64,000 nucleotides of DNA from NCBI RefSeq assembly GCF_009914755.1, contig NC_060937.1. The stretch is one strand, 5' to 3'. This document shows positions 1 through 14,580 of the stretch, piece after piece. Under the pieces are notes generated by a model. It was given only the letters and a program-made list of their open reading frames with translations, searched no databases and had not been told where the DNA came from. Each line of letters starts with the position of its first letter. Within the stretch, counting starts at the first letter, position 1. Made by a program: the position numbers and the translations under genes. The DNA comes from the human T2T-CHM13v2.0 reference genome, Homo sapiens.

Positions 1-594
1 GGAGCAGCAGAGGGTGCATATGTCTTCCAAAGCAGTTGGATGCAAAAGAAGACCTAGGAGACACTGAGTCAACCACACAACCTTTTTTTTTTTTTTTTTT
101 TTTTTTTTTATTGAATGCATTAGTCAGATGTGTCTCTCCCACACATTTCTTTCCTGGGGCATGGAGCATAAAGTCACTCCTTTCTAAGAAAGCAAGAGAA
201 ATCAGGAATAAACATTCTCACTGTATAATTTCAATGTGGACAAAGGCTATGGTTTCTGTACTCAGCTGATTGGTCTTTTTCATCTACTTTTAGCCGGTTA
301 TTTTGGGAAATAATTGAAAGGAGTAAATACTGTCTTCCCCAAAGCAAGCAAACATTGATTGTTCTTATTTTAGTGATTAGATTCTAACACATTTTCCAAA
401 CCTTCATCTCTTTGGAAAGCATGCCTGAGTTAGCTTTAAAATAAAGTTTTCTAATAAATACAATTTGACTGTTGTTTTTATTTGGTGCTGATTGAGTAAA
501 CGGGTTAGTGATTTTTTTAGTAGGCCCATTATATCACTGAGAAAATTTGTGTTCATCCGGATGAGGCTGGGAAGTGGATTCTTTTTAATGAAAT

Positions 595-800
595 CAAAGA
601 GATACAGGTTCTAGTTCCAGCTCCACTACTTGACTTTAGGCAATTGATGATTTCTGTGTGCTTTCATTTCACTTCTTTGAAAGGAACAATAAGAACTTCA
701 CAAGGCTATTGTCATGATTAAATGAAAAAATATATGTGAATTGCTGAATATACTGCTTGACATATTACTCAAGTAAATTTAGCGCTCTATTAATAACTAT
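595..800 (+). mobile_element. MIR SINE (degenerate)
   Basis: ggttctagttccagctccactact...gattaaatgaaaaaatatatgtgaa resembles the MIR core and 3' part. Confidence 0.6.
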
Positions 801-2475
801 CAGCATCACTAAAGGCAAAAGGTTACTTCGTGATCTCATCTATAAACGATCTTTTACATATATACAGAAAAACTGATGGTTATTGAGGAGATTAATTTTC
901 TCTTTGTCGTTGTTTTCCACCTGTACAGCATATTATGGCTATTCATCACTAATCTGTTCTCCAATGAGAAAATTTCTCCCTAAATTTATCTCTCTAGGCA
1001 GCCAAATGATAATAGTTAAGACATGTCTTCTAAGATATTGCTGCCTATTAATGTCATTGCAAAGAGCATGAAATTCCTAAATCCGTATGAGCAGCTGCGT
1101 ACTCAGGAATAATCGGTGCTGTGAAGAAGTGTGTGCATCTCCTTGAGAAGGCAGTAATAACTGTGGTGATGTGAACAGGGCATGGGAAAGTGCACAATTC
1201 AGTCATAAATATCAGGAGTAAACTGCTTTAAAGGGATAACCAGAGGATGAAAACCTTTCTATTTCCTAGTTTCCCTGTGGAAACCAGAAGTAAAATTTCG
1301 GAAAATTATTTACTGGATTGCCAAATAGATTGGCTAATACTAGGTAACCTTATTTTGGGTACATTTACCTGGGGACATGAGGTGGCAAATGAAGTGGAAG
1401 TTTTGGGGTCAGATTTTTACAAAACTTCTTCCAGATATACAGGATTACAAGACAAGATGATCTTTGTCACTGCCTAAGGCCTAGATATCCCTATCAAAAT
1501 ATTAGTTCCAGAAGATTGTGAGTCAATGACTTCTGTGATCATTTTGAGCCTCTGGTCAAGTCAAAGATATTGTACTTAGTAATGAACAGATACCTTTAAC
1601 ACTGCTTCAGGCACTCATGGTTCTACTCAAACAAATACATGTTAGTCAAAAAATAGAGAACTATTTCAGAGATTTCTGTTACGACTGCTAGGACCACAGC
1701 CTTGGGAATATGTGCATTACCTTATTTAAGTGGATAATGTGGCTTCCCTCTCATCATATCTGCTAATAATAGTTTATGATGAGAATGACAGTGACCCAAC
1801 AAAAGTTATGTTAGTGTTATTTTTCAAAATCAAAACACAAAATGCAGAATGCAAAGCCTTGCATACATGTGTAGAAAAATATTCAGTTTATGCAGATACT
1901 GTGTTTTAAGGGATCTGAATCCAATTGCCATAATCTAGTATTCTTACAGAATTTCATCAGGAAAATGTAATCTTCTGTCAAGTATCCTTGAAAAGCTAGG
2001 TATTGAGATGGAAACACAATGAAATTATTGTATTGTAATGAGAATGCTTCTTAATGGACCCTTTTCTAAGGTTGCCCTTTTACTGAAATAATATACTATT
2101 TTTGTCATTATTTGGCTACATATTAAGCAGTGTAATTCTTGACTTGGTGTTAGGCAAAGTTTATAGTTCCAAGACTTATCTAATTTTATTTAGAATTAGG
2201 TTTCAAATACTCAGATGCAAATGACAAAGCATGTTGATAGCATTGCCCTTCAGTGCTAGTTATTATGCTAAGCAAACAAGTCATCAAAAAAAGCACTTGC
2301 TCTGGATAGAGAAAAATACAGCAGAAACCTAGTCTGTTAATTATTTTTAAAACACATCATAGAAGTATCATTCAAAAGTATTAAAAATCATATAGGAAAG
2401 AAAACAGCTCATAGTTTGCAAAACAACTTTAACCTGTGACATATATGGAATAATGTATGTTTTAGTCAATGTATT

Positions 2476-2772
2476 ATTATTATTTTTCTGATATGGAGTT
2501 TCACTTTTGTTGCCCAGGCTGTAGTGCAGTGGTGTGGTCTGGGCTCACTGCAACCTCTGCCTCCTGGTTCAAGTGATTCTCCTGCCTCAGCCTCCTGAGT
2601 AGCTGGGATTACAGGCATCCACCACCACACCCGGCTAATTTTTTTATTTTTATTAGAGATGGGGTTTCACAATGTCGGCCAGGCTGGTTTCAAACTCCTG
2701 ACCTCAGGTGATCCACACCCCTTGGACAGCCAAAATCCTGGGATTACATGCGTGAGCCACCGTGCCTGGCCC
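2476..2772 (-). mobile_element. Full-length AluS (Sq/Sp-like)
   Basis: Reverse-complement Alu dimer ending ...gagccaccgtgcctggcc; TSD tagtcaatgtatt at 2463-2475 and 2773-2785. Confidence 0.95.
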
Positions 2773-5289
2773 TAGTCAATGTATTTTTATTTTATATTCT
2801 AGCAGAATGTTTTGGTAGTAAGGCAAAGTGAAGCCTCTATTGCTGATGTATTTCTTAAGTTTCTGTATCAACAAACAAGGGCACAGTGGAGAAAGCTATC
2901 TGCAGTGCATGAATTTACATGTGAAATTCTTAGTATTTATTTTAATACATTGGTTAGACACAGTGGGATGGCAATTTACATCAATTATTTGTTGGTTTAT
3001 TTACGTATTGGTATCAACCAAATATCTATTTTGTGAAAGTTATAAATTCTCTACATTCTTAAGACTGGTCGAATTTTAGGTTAAAGTTAACCATACTTAA
3101 TTAAAAACTGGGGAATGCAGAGGTGTCTCTGTGCCCATGCCAATGAAAGTGGAGACTGCTTAGGTCTGGACTCTCAAGTGGTTTCGAGCAGGGAAGCCAG
3201 GTTGGCCACTCTGATCACCCAGAACACCCAGGGCATCCCAGCATAGTTCTCATAGTGTTACCCAGGGCAAGATGGAAGCCCCTGTCTGGACTCTAATCAT
3301 TCTGGGTGGAAAACTATTTTACGATACTTCAAATACTTCAAATACCATAGGGGTTGGTTTGCTGAATGAGTTCTAGTTGAACTGGTGGCATTCTTAGTAT
3401 ACAAATAAGCTGTAGCAACCAAGGGAAAGGGGCTCTGCTGGCTGGATTAAAAAAAAAAAAAATCAAGGACAAGAGAAGCTGCTTGAGATCCCAGAATTTA
3501 AACGTTGATATGGAGCAAAATATAATAGGCAAAATATTCTGCAGTTAACTATCCAACTCTAACATTTACAGTTATATGTTCATCAGATAGTTGATTATCT
3601 CTCCCCACAGGTCCTTCTCAGGAATTTCTATGAGCTTCATGTCAATTGCCTATAGTTCAATAAATTTAGGACTATCTTCTTTATCCCTGCTTCAAAACAT
3701 AGGCTTTCACTTTTCCTCATGAAGACTCTTTTACAGAAAGATGACAAATGTCATAATTTGTGACAATGCAATCTTGAAAGCAAATGGAAGAAAACTTGCA
3801 AAAATATCATAATGAAATATATTTTCTTTAATAATCATTGTTGAAGTATTTAACCTTAGAAAGTTGAAAAGAAAAAGAAGTGTTAGATGTAATAACCGAT
3901 GATCGTTCATCACAGAAAAGATAAATTATTTTTTAAAAACTTTATGGATTCTTAAAAGCTTAAGAACATAATTCTGTAGTTACAGTAAAAATAAAAAAAA
4001 CACAGTGGCAGTCATAATATCCTGTTCAAAATAATCTAAAGATATGAAAATAAAAGACAGAACAAATAGTTATATGATTTTGTGCCTGGAAATAGAGTTA
4101 TATAACAATTCAATACCACAGATAAAAATGACAAGTTTTTGAAAAGTTACATTTCACTTAGCAATTTAAAAAGTTTTCAGTAGAAAGAGTATTAGCACTA
4201 TTTTTTATTATTCATGAGATAGTGTATATACTCATACTTTGTCTATTGTTTTAGCACATTATTTTATTGTTAAAGAAATTATTTTTCATGTGAATATTTG
4301 TATATACCAACATATCAGTTACAATACAAATTTAATAACAATTGATCTTTGAAAACAATATACAGGAAGTAAATACCTTCATTCAGTACAGAAATTCTCT
4401 ACTTACTAAGAACTTGTAAGGAAATTGATGTCTTGATTAATAATGTGGGATTTAAATGGGAATGTTGTGGAATGTAAGGAAGCAACAGTATACTTAAGCC
4501 CATAATTTGGAATTAAAATATATGAAAGATTTATTTAGTGAAATAAATTTAAAGTTATGTAGTAGTAAAGATCAGAATTAATTGTGAAGTACATTAAAGA
4601 CTTATTCATAAGATGAAAATTAATGTTTTAAAAGGCAACTGAAGGACAGACTTCAATGTTTGCCAGGTAAATTGTGAACAATGTTCTTGGAAAAAAGAGA
4701 AAATTTTTGAAAATGCATTTTGTAGGACATTCCTGAAGGACAAGGCTGCATTATCTTTCAAATAGCAGAAACCTTCAAAGTACAATATGCAGTTAAGATT
4801 TTAAATTGTATTTTAATTTTTAAAATATTTAAAACTATCAAGGACATATTTTTTAAACCTTATTTTGTCCTGAGAGCAACAGTACACTGGGGACTAAAAG
4901 ACATACTGCCACCTCAATGGAACTTCTTTTCATTTATTTTGTTTTTATTTAAATCCAAAGGAAATGCATTAACATACTTTTTAAAATACATTTTTACGTG
5001 CATTTTCAAAATTATTCATAAAACACCTCTCATGATAGCAATAACTATGCCACCATCCAAAGACATTTATGTTGAGAGCAGCAAATTATGAAATAACAGA
5101 AAAACTGATGTGGTCCAGGAAGAAGAACATTGACACAAGTTGTAGTTAGGCTCTTCTAAGTTTAAATTCAAGATTGTTTGCTTACTTTTTCTGATACCTT
5201 AGGCAAGTTATTGAAATTCTCTTTTGGAGCTGACATGAAATTTAAATATAACATATGCAGATATGACTTCTCAGATCTTCTATAAAGCC

Positions 5290-5445
5290 AGCTGCTGATT
5301 TGTTGTAATCCTAAATCCATTGCTTTGTGATTGTGTGACCTAAGAAAAGCTGCCAGCTTCTCAGTCTGAAAAGTTGGAAATTGACACCGCCTTATTTGAT
5401 GCCATGAGGATTATGTAAAGTAACATATGTAAACGTATCTAGCCC
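5290..5445 (+). mobile_element. MIR fragment
   Basis: tgtgtgacctaagaaaag...gaggattatgtaaagtaacatatgtaaa resembles MIR. Confidence 0.5.
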
Positions 5446-5699
5446 CAAAAGCGTGTTCTCTTCCTGTGTCATATTCTTGATCCTTCCCCTTTTTGCCTGT
5501 TTTTGGTTAATAATCAAGAATTCCTTCCCCTCTGCTTCATTTCATTTATTCTTTAATCACCAAGAAAGGATATTAAAACTAGAAAATCTGAGTGGCTTCA
5601 ATGAGTCTATTGTAGAATAAATACCGTTTGTGTTGTTCTATGTCCTGTAGGAGTAAACAATATTAGAAGGGCAAATTAAAAAAAATATATGAATAAAGA

Positions 5700-5868
5700 C
5701 AATTGAGCTCTAGTTTCCCCTGCCTCTGCCTTTAATCCTTATGAGATGTATACATTTGAGAAGGTTACATATTTTATTGAGCGGGAGAAATCTGTTTTCT
5801 AATATATTAAAATAAACAGGTTAAATAGGTGATCTTGAAGGCTTATTACACTTCTAAATTTTGTATTA
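5700..5868 (+). mobile_element. MIR3/MIRc-like fragment
   Basis: ggttaaataggtgatcttgaaggcttattacacttctaaattttgt resembles the MIR3 3' end. Confidence 0.45.
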
Positions 5869-7444
5869 TCATTAAATACATCTCAACATCAGTGGCTTTC
5901 TATTTTCCTCTTCTCTACAATTTCCAACTTCTTGCCTATTAACGTTGTCTTCAATTTGGTTAGCTTGGTTAATACAATTCTGATATGAATGAATGAAACC
6001 ACATTCTGATCTTGCACAAGCCATAGTGTGTTTGCTCCATTCCAGAAGTTACCAATAACATATCCTTTAATGACCCTGGGAGAGACCATAAAATATGATT
6101 GGATCAGCAAAAAAAATTCCCAATTTTGGAAAAAATACTTAGAGTGCACATTCTGCTAATATTATCTTTACTTATGTAGAACAATTGCGTACTCATCATA
6201 AATAATAGACAAATTTTACATCGTCGTACTCTGTATGTTTTGAATATAAGTAAGTAGTTTCCTTTATGAATATAATGACAAAATACCTAGGATATACTGT
6301 ATATACATATGCATATATAATAGTTAAATATATTTTATATGAGGAATATTGATCACTGATGGTATATGGGTAAAATGGCCTGTATGGGGAAAATTTTACC
6401 TTAGCACATATATCAATTTAAGGTTAATACATATGTCAATTTTAGGTTAACAAATAAGCATTTTTCTTCAGTGTGAAGAACTAAATGAGGAGAGATAAAT
6501 TCCTTCCTTCATCAATTTCAGTACATAAATGCTGATTTGCATTTCGAGCATATACTGAGAGCATAGCTACTATTTGATTGGTATCATTAATAATATATCT
6601 CAAGAAACTAAATGTTATAATGATTAATATTCAGATAAAGGTAGAATAATTGTATGTGATTAAAATTATCAGATTGATTGCTAGTCCCATTCTAATACAA
6701 ATTGGTAAGTTTGATTTTTCTGTTGCTTGATTACAATCTTTTGGATTTAAAAGGCCCAAAAATATAATTAACTATTTGTCTACATTGCTAAGAATGCTGT
6801 GTCTGAAAAATATAGATACTGTGCGACCTAATACAACTTTATTCCAGAATTAATGAGAAAATGTCCAGGCAAATAAGAGACAGCAATAAAAATGGAGCAT
6901 GGTTTAAATCATCAAATTTAAATAATTACATTAACAATATCATTCATTCATCCCAATAATTAAAAAATATATATTATATATATTATGTATATAAAAAAAA
7001 CTCAGGAACTCTCCTAAGTTAAATGTAAACGCTATTTAATCAGGGGGTTCAGATTGTTGATAGGCAGCTCCCAAATCATATGTTAAATTCCTTTTGCAGA
7101 GAGTTGCTGAGATTTTATTTCGGTAAAGTAGTACATAAAACCACTCACAATAACTCGAAATAACTGAAATACCTAAGGTGAAAAGATGTATCGAGTTGTG
7201 AGAATTCAAGAAGTGTATATGAAGAAAAAGAGGCAGGAGGTCTATGTCACTGATGCAGGGTCCTGAATGTCTGAAAGCTAAATTTCCACATAGTTCTATG
7301 GAGTCCAGGTAGCTTGTATCACTCCCTTAGGAGATTTCAGGAATGCTTCTTAGGTTTTCATTAGAATAGACTGTACATGCTTCTTTTGCCATGAAAAGTG
7401 TGGGAAATGACTAAAATCTGGATTACAGAGCAAATATTAAACAG

Positions 7445-7630
7445 ATATTTTCATATGTATTATCTCAATTAAACTCCATAATGAATTCATAAGGGTAGGC
7501 ATTATTTATCCCTTTTTAAAATATGAGGGAATAGAGGCTCTCTTGTTTGATGTGCGTCATCACAGTTAAAACTCAAATTCTAGTAAGATTTCTGAATCTG
7601 AAATCCAAGGAGTCTTTGCATTCTACTGAC
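7445..7630 (-). mobile_element. MIR fragment
   Basis: tattatctcaattaaactcc...gtaggcattatttatccc...atgagggaatagaggctc is a reverse MIR core. Confidence 0.6.
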
Positions 7631-7752
7631 TTGCTTCATTTGACAAAAGCAGTATCATCATAGAGTCAAATATATGATAAGCCCCATTAAATATGTATAC
7701 TGCCTGGCTTAACGAAGACTTATAAAGAAAATACTACATTGCAAAGGAATTA

Positions 7753-9221
<1,469 letters not shown>

Positions 9222-9387
9222 AGTAAAATGTTATTCTATGAAGCAAAATGTTAAATTTTCATTAAATGATAAATAAAAATTAAATAATCAGTACAAAATT
9301 TATACCTGCACACTTACTTGAAATATAAAAGTGTGCCATCAAAAGTAAATCACACTACTTGATCACAGAAAAACAAATAATTAGTTT

Positions 9388-10360
9388 AAAAATATGGACA
9401 AAGGACCTGAACAGACATTTTTTTCAAATAATTCATAAACATGGCCAACAGAAACATGAAAAGGTGTGCAACATCACTAATCATCATGGAAATGCAAATT
9501 GAAACCTCTGTGATATACCACCTCACACCTCTTAGGATGGCTATTAACAAAAACACAAGAGCTAACAAATGTTGGCAAAGGTGCGGAGAAAAAAAAAGGA
9601 ACTGTTGGTGGGAATGTAGATTGTACAATCATTAAGGAAAACAATATGAAGTTTCCTAAAATTAAAAATAGAACTACCATGAACTCAGCAATCCCTCTTC
9701 TGTATACATAACGAAAAGAGATGAAACCACTCTCCTGTAAAGATGTTGGTGCTCAAATGTTTATTGCAGAATTATTCACACTAGCCATTTTATAGAAACA
9801 ACCTAAGCATCTATTGACGAATCAATGGATAAATAAAGTGTGGTATATCTATACTTAACGGAATGCTATTCAGCCATAAAAATTCAGATCCTGCCATTTG
9901 CCACAACATGTGTAGAACTGGGGGACCGTATGCTAAATGAAATAAGCCAGAATAGAAATAAAAATATTGCATGATCTCACTTATATGTGGAGTCCACAAA
10001 AAGTCAAGTACACAGATAAAGAATAAAACAGTTGTAATCATGAGCAAGGGGAAGAAGGGTGTGGAGAAAATGGGAGACTAGACATAGGCAAAAAGATAAA
10101 AAATAGCAGATATCTAAAATGAATTTAGTCTAGATTTGTAATGCAAAATGAGGATGAATTAATTAATTAAATTGTATTATATTGGGAATTTTTGTTAAAT
10201 AAGTAGATCTTAGTTGCTGTTGTCACACACAAAAAAGTAACTATATTGTATGAGATGAAAGATAAGTTAGTTTCACTAAAGTAACCATTTTGCTGACTGT
10301 ATCTCATAACATCATGTCTTTAACCTCAAATATACACAAGAAAATGCATTTTTAAAAAAG
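9388..10360 (+). mobile_element. L1MA (about L1MA4-7) 3' end
   Basis: ggacaaaggacctgaacagacattt ORF2 remnant (YHLTPLRMA); L1MA-type 3'UTR ending cataacatcatgtctttaacctcaaatatacacaa. Confidence 0.85.
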
Positions 10361-10523
10361 TAAGAGAGTAAATAAATAATATAATTTAAATGATTGAATA
10401 TAGTAATTATTTGTTGAAACTGCCAAAATATCATATTTTTAACAAACATTGCACTGTGTTGAACATAAATAAAATGAGAATAAAATAACTATATCCAGCT
10501 TTTCCACAGAAAAACATTCATAA

Positions 10524-11344
10524 TGAAATGGGAGAGTTGCCTTATCCACCTGTAAGAATGTGCAGCAGGGGTGTGGCTAGCTTCTTCGTTGGCCCCGCTG
10601 CTCAGACCCCTAGGGGGAGCATGCAGACGGGCAGGTGCAGAGGCTCTGGGAACCACTCTTGGGTTCCTGCCTCTCGCAGTGTTTAGGGGTGGGTGTCTAC
10701 AACTCCTGAAGCCCAAGTGGGTGTGTGTTACAGTGTGCTCTTTCAGCTTTGCCGTCTGCAGATGTCTTGTGTTAATCGGCTCAATAGACCCTCTGCCTTA
10801 TCACAAGGGCAGGGGGCCAGTGTAACAGCCTTTTCTGTATCCTGAGTTTTTGCCCAGTGTCCCAGAAGAATCAGATCACACTTGGGCTGGAAGAATGAGT
10901 GCAAGGTTTTATTGAGTGGTGGAGGTGGCTCTCAGTGAGATGAATGGGGAGCTGGAAGAGAGGGGATGGAGTGGAAAGGTGGTCTCTCCTGGAGTCAGGC
11001 TGCCCAGTGGCTAGACTCTTCTCTGACTGCCCTTGGATGAACTCCCCCCAGCATCCAGACGTCCATCCTCTTCTCACTTTCTCTACTGCATTGTTCCATC
11101 ATCACTGTTCTGCTGGTTCCAACATCCAGCCTCTTGGGTCTGTGCCTGCTAAGATCTTGGGTTTATGTGGGTGTAGGATGGGGGATGTGGCAGGCCAGAG
11201 TCGTCTCAGAAAATGCAACATTTGGGTGTGAAAATAGGAGTGCCTGTTCTCACTTAGGTCTATGGGCACAGGCCCGAGGGTGGAGCCTTTGCCAGGTACC
11301 CACCCCTTCTCTACCCAGCACTTCCCTGTTCCCCTCCCATATCA
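10524..11344 (-). mobile_element. ERV1 solo LTR, LTR1/LTR28/MER52 group
   Basis: TG...CA termini; GC-rich; minus-strand AATAAA (ttttattg ~10908); 4-bp TSD ataa/acaa; homologous to the LTR at 28055-28895. Confidence 0.85.
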
Positions 11345-12439
11345 ACAAGTCATCCTGTTACTAGTTTTAGATAGTGCATATTTTGATACATAAATTTGTA
11401 ATAAATTCAACAACATATTTTATGCATATCTGGGCTTTTTGTTGTTTTAAGAACTAAAGAAAAATTAAATGTGTTGGATCAATTAAGAACTCTTCAAAAA
11501 TAATATAAATCAGTACAAACTCATTTGTAACTAATTTATAACTTAGTTACAATTTATAACTAAAACTTAATAGTTAAAAAGAAATTGCAAGTTATAACCA
11601 TTTGTAAGTAACTAGTATACAATTATACATCTATTTTTTATTTCTTCATCTTTTTATCTTCTATGGACTCTTTTTCAAAGAAGAACGCTATTTAAATTTT
11701 TTATTAACTCTTGAAAATAAAATGAAACAAATTAAAACAAACAGATCAGGACATTTCTTCCTTGCATTATTGAAATGTACCTGAGCAAGGTTTACGTAGT
11801 TACGGTGACATCATTAACTAAATTAGTGAAATTTAGTTGCAAATTACTCCAATGATTTATTAAAATTAAAGTTGAATAAATCAACTTTGATATATCAATG
11901 GTATTCTTGATCCATACAAAACAATGGATCTAAGTTGTAGTAAATTTTCATAAAATATTTGTTTAAAGAATGAATGAATGCATATATAATTGTAGAAAGT
12001 CAGCATAACTACAAATGCTAAATATATTTTTAAAAGAAAATGTATGTGTGTGTGATTATCTATTGCTTTGTCAAAGTCAATTTTCATAAAGTATTTTTTA
12101 TGAAAGGCAGTCCCCAAGGCTAACCTACTTCAAAAATATACCTTATTAAGACAATCAAATCAGTGATCAAATGTTTCAAAATAAAATTTCTAAGCATAGA
12201 AATTAAATATAAATTCCGTGTAAAATAAGTTTCTAAGCCAAAAATTTCACGTAAATGTCTTTTGTGCAAATGCTAAAATCCAAAGTTTAGTTGAGAATTT
12301 TATATAGATGTATAAAGATTCATTTTTAAATTATATAAATAACTTTTATTAATGGTATATCATAAAAATGGAAATTTTTAATTGGAAGGTGTCATTTATT
12401 TATAAAATTGGAAAAACAAGGACAAAAACTGATGACATT

Positions 12440-12493
12440 GTATATATATATATACACACACACACATATATATCGATATATATATATGTATAT
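12440..12493. repeat. Compound (TA)n(CA)n microsatellite
   Basis: tatatatatatatacacacacacacatatatatcgatatatatata. Confidence 0.9.
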
Positions 12494-13159
12494 TGGTTAC
12501 TTTGAGAATTCTTAATCCCTAGAGTGTCTGCTTACTCTGCAATAAGATATCATATGCTCATAAATTTGTAATCTAAATTGGTATTTCTATATACAGAAAT
12601 TGACACTTTCATAAATAATTTAGTTTTTTAGTCTTATAGTTACAGAGTTGTTTGCACACTATGGAATGTAAATGTATTTTTTGGCACTATTCTTGATGTC
12701 AAGTTTTCTAATTTGGCTCCCAGAAAAGGATATATTTCTATAATATTCTTGGGTTATTTATGAGATAATAGTTTTGTTGATAAATTATTGTCCCAAAATG
12801 CATGTCTATCCTAAAGAACAGATTTCTAAAGCAGTACAAATTTATATATTAGTGATTTATAATTAATGTTTGTTTTTTTCTTAAGGATTTCATAAAATTA
12901 GAGGTTCTTCAAGCATCAAGTAGGAAAATCACATATCATCTAATTGTATTATTATAAATGCTCTGTTATTAATCATACACATGCCCGTAACCCAGATCCC
13001 TAGTAATAATTGAGGTTGCTATAGGATATGAAGAGTGAACTGATGCAATGGATAATATGTTTCAGAAGGAAAGAGGAGGCTATATATATAGTTCCCTTAG
13101 CATAATATGCAGATCCTGATATTATTTGTCACAGTAATAATGTAACAAAGTGTATGTGT

Positions 13160-13593
13160 GTGTAAACAAGCCAAAAATTTAGTGACTTAAAACAATAGGC
13201 ATTTATTTAACGTATGACTATGTAGATCAGCATATGAGGCTGGTTTAGCTGAGTAGTTTATCTGTTTTCTACTAAACTCATTCACATGCTGAGAGTTAGC
13301 TGCAGAAAACAGAATGGGAGGTGACTGAGTCTCATGGCTTTTATTCTCCAATGGGCTACCAGGCATATTTTCACAGAGATAGTGGAGGGAGAGGTTAAAA
13401 AGTAATGTCCCAATATTCAAGTTCATTTAAGACTCTGTTTGAATTACAGTGGCCAGCATTCTATTGGCTATAAATACACCTGATGGTGGAGCGCAAAGTC
13501 ATGGTGGAAGGGAACTACAAAGTTACACAGCAAAGAGTGTGGAACCAGGGGCCGCTGAAAAATGGAGAGTACTGAGACTATCAATATACCACA
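13160..13593 (-). mobile_element. MaLR LTR (MLT1F/G/H-like)
   Basis: ttagtgacttaaaacaa...ctattggcta...ggaactacaaagttacacagcaaagagtgtgga...accaca. Confidence 0.65.
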
Positions 13594-13833
13594 GTCTTCT
13601 AAGCTTTTAACTAAGATATAACAAAAGCCTATTATAGGACTTTAGGACCTATTATAGGACGTTAGGGCTTATTACTATCTCAATTAGATGGGGCAAACTA
13701 TGTGTATAGGTGAAGTCTGTTACCATTATTATCAAAAGAGAACTGAAAGATTTCAGAATTTTATTGACAGTGAAGGGTCAGGATGACTATTAAGTAAAAT
13801 ATGACTGAGATTTCAGTTACAGGATATGATAGT

Positions 13834-14301
13834 TGTATTAGTTACCTAGGGCTTCCATAACAAAGTCCACAAACAAGAAAAAATTGTTCTCCCCAAGTCA
13901 CGGAGGCTGGAAATCCAAAATCAGGGTTAGCAGGGTCATGCCCCTCTGACACCGGCAGGAGAAAATTCTTCCTTGCCTTTTCCAGCTTTTGGCATCTGCC
14001 AATAGTCCTTGGCATTCCTTCGCTTGTAGGCACATTACTACAAGTTCTGTCCCTGTTGTCATAGGGCTGTTATTTCACTGTGTATCTTTCTCTCTTTAGA
14101 TGGGTTTTCCTCTGTGTCTGGCCCCCAATTTCCCTCTTATCATGAGGACACCAGTTATATTTAATTAAGGGCCCACCTTACTCCAGTACGATCTAATCTT
14201 GACTAATTATATCTGCCACAGCTCCTTTTTTTCCCCCCCAAATAAGGCACATTCTAAAGTACTGGATGTTAAGACTTAAATGTATAATTCAACGTATAAC
14301 A
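13834..14301 (-). mobile_element. MaLR LTR (MLT1C-like)
   Basis: tgtattagttacctagggcttccataacaaagtccacaaac...ggaggctggaaatccaaaatcaggg...ttcaacgtataaca. Confidence 0.85.
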
Positions 14302-14523
14302 ACAGGATCATTAATGGAAAGAAGTTGTGGATAAGAAAAACAAAGATTTGGGAAAGGTATGAGGAAAAGAAGAAGTTGAGTCAAAGAAGTCTGAATTTAA
14401 GCATTCAGAATAATATCCATAGTTTTGGAAACCCAGAAAACATTTAGAAATGTAAGATTAGTTTAGAGACACAGGTGGGACTAGAGAGAAAACTATGAAA
14501 CATATGCCAAGACAAACCTTTTT

Positions 14524-14580
14524 AATGGTAGATTGGGTAAATCTAAAGACCCAATGGTAGATTGGGTAAATCTAAAGACC
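14524..14580 (+). repeat. Perfect tandem duplication, 29-bp period
   Basis: aatggtagattgggtaaatctaaagacc x2. Confidence 0.95.

Noticed and set aside
1018-1029. Palindrome aagacatgtctt containing a perfect p53 half-site
   Set aside because: Only one half-site; expected by chance in 64 kb
3595-3615. Splice-acceptor-like ctctccccacag
   Set aside because: No convincing paired donor or open frame; isolated motif
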